From: Candidatus Atabeyarchaeum deiterrae
Lineage (GTDB): Archaea; Asgardarchaeota; Atabeyarchaeia; Atabeyarchaeales; Atabeyarchaeaceae
DNA: 64,000 nt
Assembly (NCBI GenBank): GCA_037310415.1
Contig: CP147780.1
Location: 2,336,001 to 2,400,000 of the forward strand
Direction: 5' to 3'
The notes below the pieces were generated by a model that was not told the DNA's origin, ran no database searches, and was given only the letters and a program-made list of their open reading frames with translations. Below are positions 59,117-64,000 of the stretch, piece after piece; positions within the stretch are counted from its first letter, which is position 1, and each line of letters opens with the position of its first letter. The translations under genes and the position numbers were made by a program.

Positions 59117-61443
59117 GTACTGTCGAAGGTTGGATCTTGGATGCCAATGTTGATAGTGGCAAGAATGCGCTTTCAATCTGGGTCAAAAGGAGATCTGATG
59201 GGCGGGTCGCACAGGTATTAAGTGACTGGAAACCATGCTTCCACGTTTATCCTAAGAGTTCTTTTTGGGATAACGATGGGTTAACGTATGCGATTTCTCA
59301 GCATCCCAATGTGAGTGAAGTTGAAGTTGTTGATAAGTTTTTGAGTTTAGAAGATCGTGAGAGGAGTCGAGTTGTTCAAGTTAGAGTTGATGGTGTGAAT
59401 TCATTTAAGAGAGTTGCAAAAGATGTTGAGAGACTGGGTGGCGTAGAGTTATTTAACACTGATATTTCGTTGGAGCAGATGTTCTTCTTCTCAACTAACC
59501 TCTTCCCATTTGCTTATGTTTCGCTTGACGTTGATGCCAATCACCGACTTCAAAACTATAAACTCATGGATTCCAGAATGACTGTGGAGTATGATATTCC
59601 TGCGCTGAGGAAACTCGAAATCATGTTAGATGGAGCAGGTAAGCCCGTACTCTCACCTATGGAACCAATTAAACAGATCACCTTGAAAATAGAAGACCAA
59701 GGTAAGCTCGACATACTGGTATTGGAAGGCAAGTCCGAAGACGGGTTGCTTAGAGAGTTATCGCAGAATGTAAGCAACTTGGATCCAGATGTGGTAATGA
59801 GCTGTGAAGGAGACGCTAAGCTCTTCCCTTACCTTCAAGCTAGGGTGAACGCAAATCAACTCAAGGATGAGTTCTCTTTCTCGAGGGACGGAGCACCGCT
59901 TTACCCAAACACGTATAAGCCGAGTAAAAGTGGAAACTCATACTTCAGTTATGGAAAGATGTATTATAAGCCATCTTCAAAACTGATACTTCATGGCAGA
60001 CTGCATGTAGATGGGGCTACAACTTTTCTACTTGATGAGGGTGGCCTTGAGGGACTGATTGAATCTTCTAGACTTTCGTTGATGCCTCTTCAGCAGAATT
60101 CGAGAGCAACAGTTGGTAACATGGTAACTTCGATGCAGAACTACCAAGCTTGGATTGATGATGTGTTAATTCCGGTGGTTAAGAGAAACACTGAAGGATT
60201 CAAGACTGGGACTGAATTGATTAAGCAGGATAGGGGTGGATTCATCTTCGAGCCGAAGATGGGCGTCCACCAAGATGTGGCTGAATGCGACTTCTTCATG
60301 ATGTATCCAAGCATAATGCATCACTTCAACATATCCCCTGAGACGGTGAACTGCAAATGCTGTAAGAATGTTGGCACCAAAGTCCCTGGGGTAGATCTAC
60401 ATATCTGCAGGGAACGAGTCGGTTTAGTTCCAAGAGTGGTTTCGATTCTTCTCGAGAAGAGAAGAGCATGTAAGAGGCTAATGAAGGAAGCTGAGGGTGA
60501 GAGAAAAGAGAGACTCATGAGGCTGCAAACGACAGTGAAGTGGGGCGGAGTAGTTTCTTTTGGCTACTTGGGGTTCAAGGGTTACAAGTTTGGAAAGATC
60601 GATGCTCACATAGCTGTAACAGCCTTTGCCCGAGAACTACTCCTGAGAAGCGCAGCAATAGCACAGAGAAGGAACTTCGACTTAATTCATGGGATCGTTG
60701 ATTCCCTTTGGGTGAAAAAGAATACCACTACCGCAGATCCAAGTGAGTACAAGGAGTTATGCAAAGAGATCTCAGAGGACACGGGATTACAGTTGGATTT
60801 CAAAGGGATGTACAAGTGGATAGTGTTTCTCCACTCAACCACTAACCCAGATTTACCTGTTCTCAACCGCTACTACGGTGTATTGAGTGATGGCGAGATT
60901 AGAGTGCGTGGCTTGGAAGCTCGGAAACATGATACCCCCCGATTAATTCACGATGCGCAGATGGACATGATTAAAGCGCTCTCAATCGCTTCGAACCGTG
61001 AGGAATTTATCGATGCAATTCCTAGGGCACGAAAAGTGCTTCAGGAGTACATTGAGAGAGTTTGCGAAGGAAAGGTGGATCTAGAGGACCTAGTTATATG
61101 TAGAAATTTGTCGATGTCTCCTTCAGAGTATTCTGTGATGACAAAGCAAGCAGCTGTCGCCGCGCAACTTAAAACCTATGGGGTTAATCTTCAAGCTGGG
61201 CAGAAAGCTAGATTCGTGGTTTTGAATTCAAGTGCAAGAAACCCAATTAGAAGAGTCATCGCAGCTGAGTTATCAAAACATGGTTCAAAGACTCTCTACG
61301 ACAAGGAAGAGTATGTTAAATTGTTGCGAAAAGCCTTTGACCACTTGTTTCCTCAGATAATAGAGAAGCAATTGCACAATTTCCCGAGAACCCAGTCAAG
61401 CAGCAATTCCAAGGATCTGAACCGACTTGCGCCCACCCACTAG
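59113..61443 (+). CDS. polB2: Family B DNA polymerase, PolB2 group
   Basis: DRGGFIF.P, DFFMMYPSIM (motif A), SPETVNCKCC, KW..V.SFGYLG, HGIVDSLW (variant motif C), NRYYG, RGLEARKHD. Confidence 0.92.
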   Translation: MSTVEGWILDANVDSGKNALSIWVKRRSDGRVAQVLSDWKPCFHVYPKSSFWDNDGLTYAISQHPNVSEVEVVDKFLSLEDRERSRVVQVRVDGVNSFKRVAKDVERLGGVELFNTDISLEQMFFFSTNLFPFAYVSLDVDANHRLQNYKLMDSRMTVEYDIPALRKLEIMLDGAGKPVLSPMEPIKQITLKIEDQGKLDILVLEGKSEDGLLRELSQNVSNLDPDVVMSCEGDAKLFPYLQARVNANQLKDEFSFSRDGAPLYPNTYKPSKSGNSYFSYGKMYYKPSSKLILHGRLHVDGATTFLLDEGGLEGLIESSRLSLMPLQQNSRATVGNMVTSMQNYQAWIDDVLIPVVKRNTEGFKTGTELIKQDRGGFIFEPKMGVHQDVAECDFFMMYPSIMHHFNISPETVNCKCCKNVGTKVPGVDLHICRERVGLVPRVVSILLEKRRACKRLMKEAEGERKERLMRLQTTVKWGGVVSFGYLGFKGYKFGKIDAHIAVTAFARELLLRSAAIAQRRNFDLIHGIVDSLWVKKNTTTADPSEYKELCKEISEDTGLQLDFKGMYKWIVFLHSTTNPDLPVLNRYYGVLSDGEIRVRGLEARKHDTPRLIHDAQMDMIKALSIASNREEFIDAIPRARKVLQEYIERVCEGKVDLEDLVICRNLSMSPSEYSVMTKQAAVAAQLKTYGVNLQAGQKARFVVLNSSARNPIRRVIAAELSKHGSKTLYDKEEYVKLLRKAFDHLFPQIIEKQLHNFPRTQSSSNSKDLNRLAPTH

Positions 61444-62513
61444 AGTGTCTTTTGCATGAAGATTTCTCTAACGTATCTGCTTGACAGCCAGCCGGGTACC
61501 TCTCCTCGGTATTTGTAACCTCCTTTCTCGTAGAGTTTCTTTCCCACTTCGTTGTTCTCGAAATAGCTCAATACGAGGCTTTGTAGATGAAGCCTCTCTG
61601 CGAGTGTATCTATTTCCTTTAAGAGTGCTGTTCCTGCCCCCAAGCCTTGGTATTGAGCATTAATGTGGATGCCTACATGGCCCGTGTGGCTCGAAACATG
61701 ACCAGGCATGATTCCCACATCTGACATTCCAATGACCTTTCCTTTCTCCGAGTCCATGCATACTATAGCGTGATTCTGACCGCTTCTTTTTCCCTGTTCA
61801 ATGAATGCGGCAGATTCGTTCTTGGTCATGAAGCCTTGGTATACTCCCATGCCCAGTGTTCTGAAGGTGTTTTGATGTGAGATTGACTCGGCTAGGTCTG
61901 CGCCGTCTTCGGGAGTCGCCATTCGGAAACTCAGTTTTAATGGTTGCCTCATCTTCTCAACTGGAACTATTGGATACAGATCCCCCTGCGCTGCATACTT
62001 TAGTCGTGGCGAGATCTCGTATTCCTTCTCCAAATCATAGTACAAGTAGAGGGTGTCATAATACTGCCCTTCTAGGCAAGCAGTGTTTGCTGTTGATGCG
62101 CCTTGAACGTATCCCAGGTCGAATAGGGTCTCAATTTTCTCCTCCTCGTATCCGTAGATGTTGTAGGCTACTATTGTTAGTTTTCTCTCGGTCTTCGCCA
62201 AGGTCTTGATTAACGGGTGGACACTCTTGATTAGCTGCGAGTCGTCCAAGGCGAACTTCACACTGATCCTTGGTCCTGTCTTCCCAGGGCGACTCATGAT
62301 TCTCACCACTCCATGAATATCACTGCTACTCGCTGACTTGTATATCAGCTTGTACGTTGCACTCAGCGGAAACAGGTTCTTCAAGTCATCTAATGTTGGA
62401 GGCAGTACAAATCCTACCTGTCGCTGAGCATAGTCTGAGGCTTCAAAGTAGCGCATCAAACATCCGCTATAATCCTCTTCGCGCAAAGGTGATAGTCTTG
62501 TTGCTACGTCCAT
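61440..62513 (-). CDS. GNAT N-acetyltransferase (two domains)
   Basis: YQGLGAGTALL, N.VGKKLYEKGGY. Confidence 0.82.
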   Translation of the reverse strand: MDVATRLSPLREEDYSGCLMRYFEASDYAQRQVGFVLPPTLDDLKNLFPLSATYKLIYKSASSSDIHGVVRIMSRPGKTGPRISVKFALDDSQLIKSVHPLIKTLAKTERKLTIVAYNIYGYEEEKIETLFDLGYVQGASTANTACLEGQYYDTLYLYYDLEKEYEISPRLKYAAQGDLYPIVPVEKMRQPLKLSFRMATPEDGADLAESISHQNTFRTLGMGVYQGFMTKNESAAFIEQGKRSGQNHAIVCMDSEKGKVIGMSDVGIMPGHVSSHTGHVGIHINAQYQGLGAGTALLKEIDTLAERLHLQSLVLSYFENNEVGKKLYEKGGYKYRGEVPGWLSSRYVREIFMQKTL

Positions 62514-62707
62514 CGTGTTCTCCCAGCTGAAAACGACGAAAGCTCAAAGTTATAATTCGTATTGGGAGAAAGGAGCTTAGCTCATAAAAAAGCTTTGGTC
62601 AATAACAACTAGCTATGATATCGCGGGGATTTCATTGGTGACTTCTATCAACTCATGAAGTTTGTGGAGGTGATTCAGCGTTGTGATTGAAGGCGTTTGT
62701 CGACTCT

Positions 62708-63385
62708 TCACTTTCTAAGGTGAACAGCCATTGCTCTCACTTGATCTATCGTGTATTCGCATCTGTCAGCCACATTTTCAACTGCTTCAAAAAACTGGCT
62801 TAGCAGGATGATTTGCCCAACCTTATACTTGTCCCCCCCAAGTTCTGATAGTATTCTTCTGGCTTCGAGGTACTTTTCGTCAACTTCTTCTTCGAGTCTC
62901 TCAACATCGTCTGCTACCTTCAGTGCCTCATCCATTTTCTTGTCCGCTAACAAACCTATGCATTCTACGGTGGCCTTCGTGTCATCGCGACCCATTCTGC
63001 ACATTTGAACGGCGTTATCTTGGATATTCTTTGGCATTGTGTGCAGGTCAATTAGGATTAACACTCCTTCGGCTTCGTGGGCATAGTCCGAAATCCAGTT
63101 GGTTTCTCTAGCCAAGGTCACCAAGTCGGATCTGTCCTGCGGAGCGAGGTAACCCTTGCTAAGCTCAAGGATTATTTCCTTTCTAATGGTGTCTGCGTCC
63201 TTGTCAAGTCGAGTTTGAGACTGATAGCTAATTTGAACTTCATTCTTTCTTCCTTTTACGGCAAGCTCCGTGCCCTTCAGGAGTTCCTCGGTTGATGCTG
63301 CGGCTAACTGCGCGTGTTTACGAATTAGACTGATTACTCTGAGTTCACGCCTTGCTTCAAACCACCTAGACAAGCTGGATGACAA
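62708..63385 (-). CDS. DUF47/PhoU-like phosphate transport regulator
   Basis: ADTIRKEI...L....P.DR.DL, LEEEVD, E.VADRCE. Confidence 0.85.
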   Translation of the reverse strand: MSSSLSRWFEARRELRVISLIRKHAQLAAASTEELLKGTELAVKGRKNEVQISYQSQTRLDKDADTIRKEIILELSKGYLAPQDRSDLVTLARETNWISDYAHEAEGVLILIDLHTMPKNIQDNAVQMCRMGRDDTKATVECIGLLADKKMDEALKVADDVERLEEEVDEKYLEARRILSELGGDKYKVGQIILLSQFFEAVENVADRCEYTIDQVRAMAVHLRK

Positions 63386-63656
63386 GTCTCCAATTTCCTC
63401 CGATCATATCTATCATTTGTTATCTACTTATGCTGTGTGGTATTATCCTATAGCATGCGTTTATTTAAGCAGTATCTCAAGTTTTCTGTAGTTTTCTCAT
63501 CGATATTTAGGCAGCACCCACGTTTTTATAGAACGCACACTTATTGGAGAAACAGGAGAAGAAAAGGAATAGTAATTGCTTTGAATGATTAGCCAGAAAA
63601 AAGTTCAGACGAGAGGAACTGCTTAACCTACAGAGAGACATGGAGACAACCCTCAG

Positions 63657-64000
63657 ATGCCTAATAGAGAATACGAGTTACTATACGAAGGTAAGCTAAG
63701 AAGAGAGGAATTGCTGAGCAACACGCCAAGTGCCAGGCTGCAGGTGGTCAATGCACACGGGAAGATTGGTTTTCAAGATAGTAACTGGACCAACATACTT
63801 ATTCTTGGAGACAATCTGCCTGTCTTGAAGACGCTGATTGGCGACCCTTCCATTAAGGGCCAAGTCAGACTGGTTTACATTGACCCCCCTTTCTCCACAG
63901 GTCAGGAGTTTCATATTGGAAATTCGCGTTCTTCAACTGTGAGTTCGAGTAAGTCAGATCAGGTTGCGTATAGCGATAGACTGGTTGGAGCAGGATACCT
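63657..64000 (+). CDS. Site-specific DNA amino-methyltransferase (beta class, Mod-like), 5' part; runs off window end
   Basis: Not in ORF track. Manual translation MPNREYELLYEGK...NILILGDNLPVLKTL...GQVRLVYIDPPFSTG (catalytic DPPF motif). Confidence 0.88.
   Translation, partial: MPNREYELLYEGKLRREELLSNTPSARLQVVNAHGKIGFQDSNWTNILILGDNLPVLKTLIGDPSIKGQVRLVYIDPPFSTGQEFHIGNSRSSTVSSSKSDQVAYSDRLVGAGY

Noticed and set aside
63601-63720. Short near-duplication (AAGTTCAGACGAGAGGAACTGCT vs AAGCTAAGAAGAGAGGAATTGCT) around the methyltransferase start
   Set aside because: Short, imperfect and purine-rich; cannot be distinguished from chance.

Overview
Gene-dense archaeal chromosomal segment, most likely from an Asgard archaeon. 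This is inferred from four small GTPases (two Rab-like, two longin+Arf-like fusions), a uDENN/longin-like protein, a PolB2 cassette and archaeal-style GGAGG/GGTGA ribosome-binding sites. No rRNA, tRNA, CRISPR array or transposase was recognised. The most interesting block is a tightly coupled operon at 10136-18117. It encodes a 1604-aa single-pass surface glycoprotein with Ig-like repeats and an acidic cytoplasmic tail, translationally coupled to a uDENN/longin + winged-helix protein. Next come a longin-Arf-like GTPase and two coiled-coil proteins, with a convergent Rab-like GTPase beyond them. Together these resemble a receptor-to-GEF/GAP-to-small-GTPase module. Other content includes a TusA/DsrEFH sulfur-relay cluster, two GH3 acyl-adenylases, an M23-like peptidase, an AT-rich HEPN-like gene and an unannotated 32-aa polyproline ORF behind a cytosolic HtrA. 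It also carries a non-pyrrolysine MttB plus an MtrH-like methyltransferase, acyl-CoA enzymes (AbfD-like, Hbd, crotonase), MgtA, the inactive-RadA/small protein/PolB2 cassette and three pairs of local paralogues. Partial genes lie at both edges (GH38 mannosidase; DNA amino-methyltransferase). All assignments come from motif recognition by eye; no database searches were run.
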